From an uncultured Chloroflexia bacterium (GTDB lineage: Bacteria; Chloroflexota; Anaerolineae; Anaerolineales; UBA11858), in contig CAWGOD010000016.1 in assembly GCA_963824175.1 (NCBI GenBank), positions 43,103 through 107,102 of the forward strand: DNA of 64,000 bases, given 5' to 3'. Under the pieces are notes generated by a model. It searched no databases. It was not told the origin of the DNA and was given only the letters and a program-made list of their open reading frames with translations. This document shows positions 8,784 through 16,634 of the stretch, in pieces (the first letter of the stretch is position 1; the number at the start of each line of letters is the position of its first letter). The position numbers were made by a program, and so were the translations under genes.

Positions 8784-10313
8784 TTATCCGCCTCTCACAC
8801 TGATCAAGGCTATGATCAGGAAACCCAATAATAGAGTCCAGATCAATCCTCCATCACCTTCAAATAAACGCGTGAACAGATATACTACTTCATCAGCCCA
8901 TCGGGGAAATGAACTTGCACCAGCATCAATTAGTGATCTGATTTTTCCTTTGAACCTATCCAGTCGGGATGTATTTATCACAGGGATCCTGTCCCAGAAC
9001 AGAACTGCAACGCCGAATAATAAAGCAGCGATCCAGGCACCAACTGGAACAGAAGAAAAGGCCAGGCTTGTTTTTATCAAACCCGCCTGAAAAGATATGG
9101 AATACTGAGAGATCAAGATCACTGCATATCCAGTAATGGTGAGGGGAGAGATCTGTTCGGTTGGTGTTTCAATCTCCCGCCAGACCTGGATCCTGTGATT
9201 GAAAATTCTACCCAGGAATATGCCAACTATTGCGGAGAAAAACAGGCCCGGTATCCCGATCAAAGAAACCAATCCCACCCAGGAAGGGAAAAATGGCAGA
9301 GGAAGGATCCCAATTCCTCCCACGATCAATGCCAGGCTAGCGCCTCTTTTTGATCCAAAACTCTTAAACAACACAAGGCTGGGCATTAGAAAAACGCCTC
9401 CCCAGACCAGAACGGCTTCTGGTGCAGCGAAAACGAATCCTGAGATTAAAAGGGCCAGACCTCCAACTATCCAAACCCTGCCAGGCTGATTGAAAAGTAC
9501 ATTTATCAAAAACAAAAGGAAAGTCAGAATCGCCGCAGCCAAAAACAATCCAGGCGAAACCTCAGCCGGGGTGAAGATCTGGGCAGCCCGTGTGATCAGT
9601 ACCAAACCCAGGATTGCGGGAGTCCAAGATAGATATTTACCAGGCCGAATATCGGAACTCTCTTCCTGAGAAATTTTAGGGGTAAGGAACCATCCTCCAA
9701 AACCAATTCCTCCCGCAGTCATTAGAATTGGCGCTGCGGATGGGGGTAATTCTGTCAGAAATGGTGCTATCCCGTTTAATGAGTTAACCAGGGAAATATA
9801 AATGACCAGCAAAGGTCCAGTCAGACGGACCAAAATGCTGAAGATATAACGATGACTGATTGTCATTTCCCCTTGATTCTTGAGAAAACTATAGAGAGCC
9901 AAAGCCTCTATCACAGTCCAGACCAATGCCAATGTGTAAGCTGAATCCACCAACGTACCGATCACACATATTCCGCCTAAAGCCGTGATCCAGGCATTGG
10001 TTTGGGGTGAATGTCCTTCAATCAGGGTTCCAAAGAAAATCAGTGTTGTTACAACCAAAAAATAGGAACTGGAGACCCAATCCAGAGAAAAAGCTAGGCT
10101 GGGGAGCAGTGTTTCACCCGCATTCCAAATCGGGTTCAGGTGATGATCCGGAGTGAAAAAGAAAAAGGCCAGGGAAATCAGCCAGGCCATACCCGTAGTA
10201 AGCATCACCCAGAACTGCAGTTTTTGCAGGTTTTGATCAAACCTCTTGAATAACCCCAACAGGACTGGATTTATGATTAAAAATAAAGCACTGAAAAAAG
10301 GAAAGAGACTCAA
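8784..10313 (-). CDS. Polytopic membrane protein, weakly NuoL/MnhA (antiporter-like) in pattern
   Basis: 509 aa and highly hydrophobic, with an LPLPFFPSW segment. The TTG start lies 4 nt after the folK stop. No soluble domain. Confidence 0.55.
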   Translation of the reverse strand: MSLFPFFSALFLIINPVLLGLFKRFDQNLQKLQFWVMLTTGMAWLISLAFFFFTPDHHLNPIWNAGETLLPSLAFSLDWVSSSYFLVVTTLIFFGTLIEGHSPQTNAWITALGGICVIGTLVDSAYTLALVWTVIEALALYSFLKNQGEMTISHRYIFSILVRLTGPLLVIYISLVNSLNGIAPFLTELPPSAAPILMTAGGIGFGGWFLTPKISQEESSDIRPGKYLSWTPAILGLVLITRAAQIFTPAEVSPGLFLAAAILTFLLFLINVLFNQPGRVWIVGGLALLISGFVFAAPEAVLVWGGVFLMPSLVLFKSFGSKRGASLALIVGGIGILPLPFFPSWVGLVSLIGIPGLFFSAIVGIFLGRIFNHRIQVWREIETPTEQISPLTITGYAVILISQYSISFQAGLIKTSLAFSSVPVGAWIAALLFGVAVLFWDRIPVINTSRLDRFKGKIRSLIDAGASSFPRWADEVVYLFTRLFEGDGGLIWTLLLGFLIIALISVRGG

Positions 10314-10317
10314 GGGG

Positions 10318-10812
10318 TTATTCCTGGTATAAATCTACGCCTGTTTGATCGACAAACACCAGCAGGTCAGAAATGGAAGAATCTGTTCCCGGATAGTTCA
10401 GATCAGGATCGATATCTGCCAGAGGGATCAGCACAAATGCCCGATCCTTTATACGGGGATGAGGGATTATCAAGTCCTCTTCATGGATGATCCGATCCCC
10501 ATAAAAAAGAATATCAATATCCACAATCCGTGGTCCAAAACGAAAGCTGGGTTTCCTGCCAATTTTCTTCTCAACACCCTTAATATATTCAAGCAGATCA
10601 CGCGGTGAAAGAATTGTTTCAACCGCAAGAACCTGGTTAAGGAAATCTGGCTGATCAAGATAGCCCCAGGGTTCAGTCTGGTAAACGGGAGAACTATCCA
10701 GGATTTTCACTTGCGGGGGAAGGTCAGCTTTAACCGCTTCCAGGTTCAATTCCCGGTTTCCCAGATTTGTTCCTAATGATAGGTAAATTCGTTCTGATTG
10801 AATTTCATTCAT
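10318..10812 (-). CDS. folK: 2-amino-4-hydroxy-6-hydroxymethyldihydropteridine diphosphokinase (HPPK)
   Basis: Contains IYLSLGTNLG...PVYQTEPWGY...GPRIVDIDILFY...IPHPRIKDRAFVLIPL. I prefer the ATG at 10812 (MNEIQSER...); the track ORF extends to a GTG at 10854. Confidence 0.85.
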   Translation of the reverse strand: MNEIQSERIYLSLGTNLGNRELNLEAVKADLPPQVKILDSSPVYQTEPWGYLDQPDFLNQVLAVETILSPRDLLEYIKGVEKKIGRKPSFRFGPRIVDIDILFYGDRIIHEEDLIIPHPRIKDRAFVLIPLADIDPDLNYPGTDSSISDLLVFVDQTGVDLYQE

Positions 10813-10910
10813 AGCAAAAAGGGGGTAAATCCTGTCTTTGCTTAAGGATAACACACCTGATTCATTCAGTGGTTTCAGATAGATTTATCTGATAAGCTCT
10901 TCCTACCCTG

Positions 10911-10939
10911 TTGCCAGTTAACTCTCGTTTTGGTATAAT
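10911..10939 (+). promoter_or_regulatory. Sigma-70-type promoter for tRNA-Ser (TTGCCA-17-TATAAT)
   Basis: -35 TTGCCA at 10911-10916, a 17-nt spacer ending in TGG, and -10 TATAAT at 10934-10939. The promoter sits 21 nt before the tRNA. Confidence 0.7.
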
Positions 10940-10959
10940 CGCACAGCATAATAAAACTT

Positions 10960-11046
10960 GGAGGGGTCGCATAGTCCGGCCTAGTGCGCGCGCTTGGAGA
11001 GCGCGTATTCCTCACGGAATCGTGGGTTCGAATCCCACCCCCTCCG
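10960..11046 (+). tRNA. tRNA-Ser (anticodon GGA), type II with long variable arm, no encoded CCA
   Basis: Manual cloverleaf: acceptor GGAGGGG/CCCCTCC; anticodon stem CGCGC/GCGCG with loop TTGGAGA; variable arm ATTCC-TCAC-GGAAT; T arm GTGGG-TTCGAAT-CCCAC; discriminator G. Confidence 0.9.
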
Positions 11047-11055
11047 CCTTCAAAT

Positions 11056-11081
11056 CGCCCAGAGAAAACTGGGCGTTTTTT
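11056..11081 (+). terminator. Rho-independent terminator after tRNA-Ser
   Basis: CGCCCAG-AGAAAA-CTGGCG followed by TTTTTT. Confidence 0.8.
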
Positions 11082-11166
11082 CTTGACAGCTTACTTCATT
11101 TACAGGAAACACTGGTAGACTGAAGATTTTGGTATAATACCCCTGATATTCAACGAGAAACCTTGA

Positions 11167-11451
11167 ATGAAACCCATACCTAAAAAGACCCGCCAACTTT
11201 TGTACATCGGAATCCTGGTCACATTTCTTCTTCTGACAGGACTAAGCCTCCCCGGGCAGGTCGGCGCATTGCAATCAACCCCGGATCCCACACCCACGGT
11301 CACTCCCGCGTTTCTGCCAGGCGATGAACCCGTAAAATCAGGTGAAACCGGGGGTTTGATGTTGGGAGCAGCAATCATTCTTCTCATTATCGTCTCTGGT
11401 GTTTTGATCCAGCGGGTTATTCAAAAGAATACCCTGGAAACTCCTGAATAA
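11167..11451 (+). CDS. Small secreted/membrane-anchored protein (signal peptide, P/T-rich linker, C-terminal TM helix)
   Basis: 94 aa with an N-terminal hydrophobic signal (LLYIGILVTFLLLTGLSLPG), the linker TPDPTPTVTP, and the C-terminal helix GLMLGAAIILLIIVSGVLI. No family recognised. Confidence 0.5.
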   Translation: MKPIPKKTRQLLYIGILVTFLLLTGLSLPGQVGALQSTPDPTPTVTPAFLPGDEPVKSGETGGLMLGAAIILLIIVSGVLIQRVIQKNTLETPE

Positions 11452-11521
11452 TCACTTTCTCCTGCAAATTATCGGGCATTTAATGGACTCCTTTGCTCCT
11501 CAGAGGTTACCTGGTCAATTG

Positions 11522-11550
11522 ATTGACACCCATACTCAGCTTTGGTATCA
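11522..11550 (+). promoter_or_regulatory. Sigma-70-type promoter for SRP RNA (TTGACA-17-TATCAT)
   Basis: -35 TTGACA at 11522-11527, a 17-nt spacer, and -10 TATCAT at 11545-11550. Confidence 0.7.
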
Positions 11551-11555
11551 TGCCC

Positions 11556-11669
11556 ACGAGCTTCGGGTGGGTCCGGCGCGGCAGAGCCCTTTGAACCGTG
11601 TCAGATCCGAAAGGAAGCAGCACTAAGGAGGATCCTCTGGGTGCCGCCGGTATGCCTACCCGAGGCTTT
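11556..11669 (+). ncRNA. ffs: Signal recognition particle RNA (small bacterial 4.5S type)
   Basis: The domain IV core GUGUCAGAUCCGAAAGGAAGCAGCACUAAGG matches the conserved GGUCAGGUCCGGAAGGAAGCAGCCAAGG of E. coli 4.5S RNA, including a GNRA loop. The 5' end AGCUUCGGGUGGG pairs with the 3' end CCUACCCGAGGCU. The exact ends are uncertain by a few nt. Confidence 0.85.
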
Positions 11670-11686
11670 TCCTTTACTTACAAACC

Positions 11687-13090
11687 ATGAATATCCCTGA
11701 TCTAATTAAAAAACCTCTCTTCCAATGGATCGCAGCTGGACTGGCTGCTTTCGTAGGGATTGTGTTAATCATTCTTAGTCTTCATAAGATGGTTTTTTTG
11801 GTTGTGAACGGGGAAATAAATGAAATTAGCACATATGCCCTGACTGTAAAAAGCCTATTGAAGAGCCAGGATCTTCATATTACAGAGGATGAACGCATCA
11901 CGCCTGATCCTGATTCTATACTCTGGGGTGGTGAAGTGATCATCCTAAATATTGCCAACTCCGTTGAGATCACGGCCGACGGTGATGTGAACACCTTGCA
12001 AACAGCAGAGCGCCGACCTGAGAATATCCTCCTGGATCTGGGAGTAAGGCTATTTCCAAAAGACAGGATCACAGTGAACGGGGTCGTTTCCGGAAATGAT
12101 TTACTCCTTTCCCTGGGAAAATCTTATCAAATCCAGCTGCTACGAGGAACTTCCGTAACGATTGAGTTTGAAAACGGCAGCCAGCAATTTATCAGTGATG
12201 CAGATACTCTCTCAGAGGCCCTTGAAGATAATGGGATTGAAATTTTTGAAGCTGACCAACTCTCAAAACCACTCGACACATCTCTCGATGGGTCATCAAT
12301 TTCTGTCAGCCTGATCCGAGCTGAACCACTGTTGGTTCATCTGGTAGATGAAGCAATAACAATCAGAACCACAGCAAAAACAGTAGGTGCAGCCCTGGTC
12401 CAAGGCGGTATCGCTCTTCAGGGATTGGATTACAGCATCCCCGCTGAAAATGAACCTCTACCAGAGAATGACGAAGTTCAAATCATTCGTGTTCGGGAAG
12501 AGATCCTTCTCAATCAGGAACTGATTCAGTTTAGCAATGAATACCAGCCAGCGGATGATTTACCCCTTGATCAAGTGCAGATCATGACCGGTGGGGAATA
12601 CGGGATACAGGCCCAGCGCCTTCGGATTATGTACGAAAATGACAGGGAAGTCAGCCGAGACTTGGAGAAAGAATGGGTCATCAAGGAACCTAGTCCCCGC
12701 ATCATCGGTTATGGTACGCAGATCAATCTTGAGACAGCTGATACAGGGGATGGGCAGATCACCTATTGGCGAAAAATCACCGCCTATGCAACTTCGTACG
12801 ACGAGACCTGTCTAGGCTGCAATAACTACACATCCAGCGGTCATTATCTGGATAGAGGGGTCATAGCAGTAACACTGGATTGGTATCGTTACATGAAAGG
12901 CATGCGGGTCTACATCCCTAGATATGGTTTTGCGACCATTGAAGATGTCGGACAAGGAGTTTCTTGGAGCACAAACTGGGTTGATCTTGGTTATCGACAC
13001 GAAGATCTTGTGATCTGGAGTGAATACGTTGACGTCTATTTCCTGGCTCCCGCTCCCCCACCAGAGGATATTATGTATGTTTTGTATTAG
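11687..13090 (+). CDS. Membrane-anchored cell-wall protein with DUF348-like repeats, a G5 domain and a C-terminal 3D (RlpA-like) domain (YabE/RpfB-like architecture)
   Basis: 467 aa with an N-terminal TM helix, a G5-like segment (EVQIIRVREEILLNQELIQF...RIIGYGT), and a 3D-domain tail (ITAYATSYDETCLGCNNYTSSGH...GVIAV...ATIEDVG). Confidence 0.8.
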   Translation: MNIPDLIKKPLFQWIAAGLAAFVGIVLIILSLHKMVFLVVNGEINEISTYALTVKSLLKSQDLHITEDERITPDPDSILWGGEVIILNIANSVEITADGDVNTLQTAERRPENILLDLGVRLFPKDRITVNGVVSGNDLLLSLGKSYQIQLLRGTSVTIEFENGSQQFISDADTLSEALEDNGIEIFEADQLSKPLDTSLDGSSISVSLIRAEPLLVHLVDEAITIRTTAKTVGAALVQGGIALQGLDYSIPAENEPLPENDEVQIIRVREEILLNQELIQFSNEYQPADDLPLDQVQIMTGGEYGIQAQRLRIMYENDREVSRDLEKEWVIKEPSPRIIGYGTQINLETADTGDGQITYWRKITAYATSYDETCLGCNNYTSSGHYLDRGVIAVTLDWYRYMKGMRVYIPRYGFATIEDVGQGVSWSTNWVDLGYRHEDLVIWSEYVDVYFLAPAPPPEDIMYVLY

Positions 13091-13218
13091 GAAGATAATC
13101 AGATCATCAAGCGGAACGAAGGCTGCAGGATTGAGAGCAGTCGAGATCCTATTCATCCGCGATATTCTTACTCATCGAATTTTGAGTCCAGATAGATACT
13201 TAAACTACTAGGGATTAA

Positions 13219-13232
13219 TCAACTTACTATTT
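13219..13232. repeat. Copy of the intergenic motif YCRACTTACTAYTT
   Basis: TCAACTTACTATTT lies between the convergent gene ends at 13090 and 13252. Confidence 0.4.
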
Positions 13233-13251
13233 CCTTTTTTCTCCTTACCCC

Positions 13252-14463
13252 TTAGTCATTTTTCGCCCCTGGAGAATAATGGACAACCCCCCATTTTCCA
13301 TCTACCATCCATTTTGAATCCTGATTGAATACATATTGGATCTGATCCAGATCCAGTCCTACTGCCAACTCAGACTTTAAGGTTCGCAACGCAACCAGCG
13401 GAAGGGGAAGGTAATCCACTATTCTATGAAAACCCTCTGTAAAATCCCATTCCCGGTCCCCCAATATGCGCCGGTAATTAGCATCCCCCTTGCTGATCAA
13501 CAGAGAAGATCCTTTCAAATCTTCCCGAATGTCCAGTGGCAGATCCCACATCGGCAAAGGTGAGGTCCAGAAATGATGGGCTTTAACCTGGATCCGGTTC
13601 TCCTTTATCAAGGTTTCCAATCGTTTACCAAAGTGGATTGTTTCATCGTCTTCAGATCCGGTCAAAAACTGGATCGTTTTTTCCAGGTCAGCATCAATCA
13701 CATCTGAAACAAAAGTGGGATGGATTTTTACATGGAGAATGACCTGATCAACCAGGCCATGGTTGAGCAGGATATCTGCCAGAGCCAGATCAGAGACCAA
13801 TTCAAATCCTGCGTTATCCAGCATGATATCCACCTGCATTACAGGTAGATCAGCCTTGTTGAATACTCTTAAAACCTGTTTGATATCATTGGCCAGCAGG
13901 TGTTCTTTGAGAATTTTCTGGGAATCACTCCTGGGGTCTGCATCGCTTCCAGCTGGCCAGAGGGACAAGTCTGCCTGGTTACCCCACAAAGAAAAATACA
14001 ATCCATCCCTCAAGATATTTTCAACCTTTCCAGGATTTTTAAGGTGTTCAGCCAGAAATTTTGCCAGAGATGCAGTATCTCCTATTGTCTTTTCCAATCC
14101 TTGCCGCTTCTGATATTCAAACGGATCCTGTAGGAAGTTGAAATAATCCACTGCTTCTATGATCCTGCGATAAAAATATGTCTCAACAAAGAACCAGGGA
14201 ACTGTAAGCCAATTCTTACCAATATAGGGTTGGATATACTTCTGCCATGATTGATGATCAGGCGCGTCCTTATCCTTCAACTGGCGGATCGATTTATTAG
14301 GGATCTCTTCCTTCAGCTGCTGAAGATTATGGTTGATTTGAGAGGAGAACTGGTTTTCCTCTATCACTCGCTGAGCGATTACTGGCAGGCGGTCCTTGAC
14401 AGAAAAATGAGACCAGGAGCCTGGTTGAGTCCCTGTAATGGATGGTGGATAGTTTTTTGACAT
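13252..14463 (-). CDS. Damage-control phosphatase ARMT1-like (DUF89 family)
   Basis: Contains WFFVETYFYRR, LDNAGFELVSDLALADILL and KGDANYRRILGDREW. I prefer the start at ATG 14463 (MSKNYPPS...); the track ORF extends to 14565 across the intergenic hairpin. Confidence 0.8.
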   Translation of the reverse strand: MSKNYPPSITGTQPGSWSHFSVKDRLPVIAQRVIEENQFSSQINHNLQQLKEEIPNKSIRQLKDKDAPDHQSWQKYIQPYIGKNWLTVPWFFVETYFYRRIIEAVDYFNFLQDPFEYQKRQGLEKTIGDTASLAKFLAEHLKNPGKVENILRDGLYFSLWGNQADLSLWPAGSDADPRSDSQKILKEHLLANDIKQVLRVFNKADLPVMQVDIMLDNAGFELVSDLALADILLNHGLVDQVILHVKIHPTFVSDVIDADLEKTIQFLTGSEDDETIHFGKRLETLIKENRIQVKAHHFWTSPLPMWDLPLDIREDLKGSSLLISKGDANYRRILGDREWDFTEGFHRIVDYLPLPLVALRTLKSELAVGLDLDQIQYVFNQDSKWMVDGKWGVVHYSPGAKND

Positions 14464-14495
14464 AGTTATCGAGGATGCATAATCCAATTTTCTGG

Positions 14496-14528
14496 AGGAT
14501 GCGGGTTCCTCACAGGAACCCGCATCCT
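14496..14528. repeat. Perfect 13-14 bp palindromic hairpin GGATGCGGGTTCC-TCACA-GGAACCCGCATCC in the divergent DUF89/rsmA intergenic region
   Basis: The arms at 14497-14509 and 14515-14527 are exact reverse complements. The same arm sequence recurs at 50455-50538. Confidence 0.7.
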
Positions 14529-14552
14529 TGAATTGCGTTATAATCCCAGCAC

Positions 14553-15398
14553 ATGAGCCAACCACTGCAACAACCGATCTCTACGATACTGAAAAAACAC
14601 GGCCTGCTCCCCGATAAAAGCCTGGGACAGAATTTCCTGACCGACCCCAACATCCTTGAAAAGATCACCCGTATTGCCGGTGTAACAGATAAGGACACTG
14701 TGCTCGAGATTGGTGCTGGACTTGGACATCTTACTGCCCAATTGGCAAAATCTGCTGAGCAGGTAGTGGCTGTAGAGCTCGATGAACGTTTTATTCCTGT
14801 CCTGGAGGAAAACCTCTCTGAATATCAAAATGTCAGGATCATCCAAGGGGATATATTAAGCCTTAACTCGCAAGATTTGGTCCAGGAAAACAACTACCTG
14901 GTGGTTGCCAACATTCCTTACTATATCACAAACCGCATCATCCGCAATTTGCTTGAATCAGAGCTAAAACCCAATAGGATCATCCTTACCATCCAGTACG
15001 AAGTAGCCCAGCGGGTATGTGCCAAATCGGGTAAGATGAGCCTGTTATCTCTTAGCGTTCTGATGTATGGGGAACCCAGCCTGGAGATGCGGGTGCCGGC
15101 TGGCGCTTTTTTCCCACCACCCAAAGTAGATTCTGCGGTGGTATTGGTAAACCTCTATCCTGAACCACTTTTGGAAGAAAAAATCAGGGGGAAATTCTTT
15201 GAGATTATCAAAGCCGGTTTTCTCCATAACCGCAAAACTCTGCGGAATTCCCTCTCAAAAGGATTAGCCTGGGCCCCATCTGAGGTTGAAAAACTCCTAC
15301 TTGAATCCGGAATCAACCCGCAGCGCAGGGCAGAGACACTCTCAATGGACGAGTGGCTTGAACTCACTCGCAATTATGATAAGATACATCCTAGTTAA
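14553..15398 (+). CDS. rsmA: 16S rRNA (adenine1518/1519-N6)-dimethyltransferase
   Basis: Contains LGQNFLTDPNILEKI, VLEIGAGLGHLT and VVANIPYYIT; 281 aa. Confidence 0.92.
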   Translation: MSQPLQQPISTILKKHGLLPDKSLGQNFLTDPNILEKITRIAGVTDKDTVLEIGAGLGHLTAQLAKSAEQVVAVELDERFIPVLEENLSEYQNVRIIQGDILSLNSQDLVQENNYLVVANIPYYITNRIIRNLLESELKPNRIILTIQYEVAQRVCAKSGKMSLLSLSVLMYGEPSLEMRVPAGAFFPPPKVDSAVVLVNLYPEPLLEEKIRGKFFEIIKAGFLHNRKTLRNSLSKGLAWAPSEVEKLLLESGINPQRRAETLSMDEWLELTRNYDKIHPS

Positions 15399-15427
15399 TT
15401 CACACAAAACACCATAAGGAATAGATA

Positions 15428-16531
15428 ATGACCGATCCGCGTCTCAGAAAACTTGCCGATTTGCTTGTCAACTACTCTGTGAAAGTCCAACCGGAGGAAT
15501 GGGTATTGATCAATGGCCACATGGTCGCTGAACCATTAATTGCCGAGGTTCTCAGGGCAGTCTTGCAGGCCGGCGGCCGGCCTCAGGTGCTCATGAGTTC
15601 AGACAATATCAACGAATACAGCCTGAAATATGCCAGCGATGATCAAATCAAGTGGATCGCACCGACTTTAAAGATGCTCTATGAGGAAGTGGATGTATTA
15701 ATCGCCTTGCGGGCTTTTGAAAACACCCGACATATGTCAGGTGTGGATCCCAAAAAACAGCAGCTATCCGGCCAGGCCAAACAGGGATTGATGCAAACCT
15801 ATATGGAACGGTCGGCTTCCGGTGATCTGAAATGGACCCTCACCAATTACCCCTGCCCGGCTTACGCCCAGGATGCAGACATGAGCCTGAATGACTACGA
15901 GGATTTTGTCTACAGTGCCTGCTACTGTGACAAGGATGATCCAGTCGCCGAATGGGAGCGAATCCATGATGAACAGCAGGTAGTTGTAGATTGGTTGAAC
16001 GGCAAGAAGACTGTCACCGTCAAAAGCCCCAATGCCGACCTCACACTCTCAATCGAAGACCGGACATTCATCAACTCCGATGGCGGCCACAATATGCCTA
16101 GCGGTGAGGTCTTTACCGGGCCGGTTGAAGATTCTGTGAACGGATGGGTAACCTACACCTATCCAGCTATTCATCTGGGCAAAGAAGTGGAGGGCATCCG
16201 TCTTGAATTCAAAGACGGCAAGGTTGTTAATTCCACTGCGGACAAGAATGAGGAATTCCTGCTGGCCATGCTGGACAGCGATGATGGCTCCCGTTATCTA
16301 GGTGAGTTTGCCATTGGCACAAACTACGGCATCCAAAAATTCACCAAAAGCATACTTTATGATGAAAAGATCGGCGGCTCTTTCCATATGGCACTTGGCG
16401 CGGGTTATCCGGAAACGGGCAGCAAAAATGTCTCTGCGATTCACTGGGATATGATCTGTGATATCCGCGAAGACAGCGAGATCCGCGTGGACGGAGATCT
16501 GCTGTATAAAGACGGAAAATTCATGATCTAA
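15428..16531 (+). CDS. Aminopeptidase, M29 family (AmpS/PepS-like)
   Basis: 367 aa. Contains LADLLVNYSVKVQPEE, PSGEVFTGP and EFAIGTN...HWDMI. Confidence 0.85.
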   Translation: MTDPRLRKLADLLVNYSVKVQPEEWVLINGHMVAEPLIAEVLRAVLQAGGRPQVLMSSDNINEYSLKYASDDQIKWIAPTLKMLYEEVDVLIALRAFENTRHMSGVDPKKQQLSGQAKQGLMQTYMERSASGDLKWTLTNYPCPAYAQDADMSLNDYEDFVYSACYCDKDDPVAEWERIHDEQQVVVDWLNGKKTVTVKSPNADLTLSIEDRTFINSDGGHNMPSGEVFTGPVEDSVNGWVTYTYPAIHLGKEVEGIRLEFKDGKVVNSTADKNEEFLLAMLDSDDGSRYLGEFAIGTNYGIQKFTKSILYDEKIGGSFHMALGAGYPETGSKNVSAIHWDMICDIREDSEIRVDGDLLYKDGKFMI

Positions 16532-16570
16532 GTGATAAATGGATCAAATCCCTAAGTTACTTGACAGAAT

Positions 16571-16612
16571 AAAGGACGAAGTCCCTTGGAGGGACTTCGT
16601 CCTTTATTTTTT
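16571..16612. terminator. Bidirectional rho-independent terminator between convergent genes
   Basis: AAAGGACGAAGTCCC-TTGGA-GGGACTTCGTCCTTT followed by a T-run. The arms share the GGGAC...GTCC core of the REP-like family. Confidence 0.8.
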
Positions 16613-16634
16613 AATCAGATAAGGGATTTGATCC

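Noticed and set aside
10960-11046. Long-variable-arm tRNA 5.5 kb from selB; considered tRNA-Sec (selC).
   Set aside because: The anticodon loop reads TTGGAGA, giving anticodon GGA. The acceptor (7 bp) and T stem (5 bp) are normal, and the discriminator is G. It is tRNA-Ser, not the 8/5 or 9/4 Sec structure with UCA.
11551-11686. Structured GC-rich leader directly upstream of a cell-wall (G5/3D) gene; considered a cyclic-di-AMP (ydaO-type) riboswitch.
   Set aside because: The sequence contains the SRP RNA domain IV core (CAGAUCCGAAAGGAAGCAGC) and closes into a single long hairpin with its own TTGACA-17-TATCAT promoter. It is the ffs gene.
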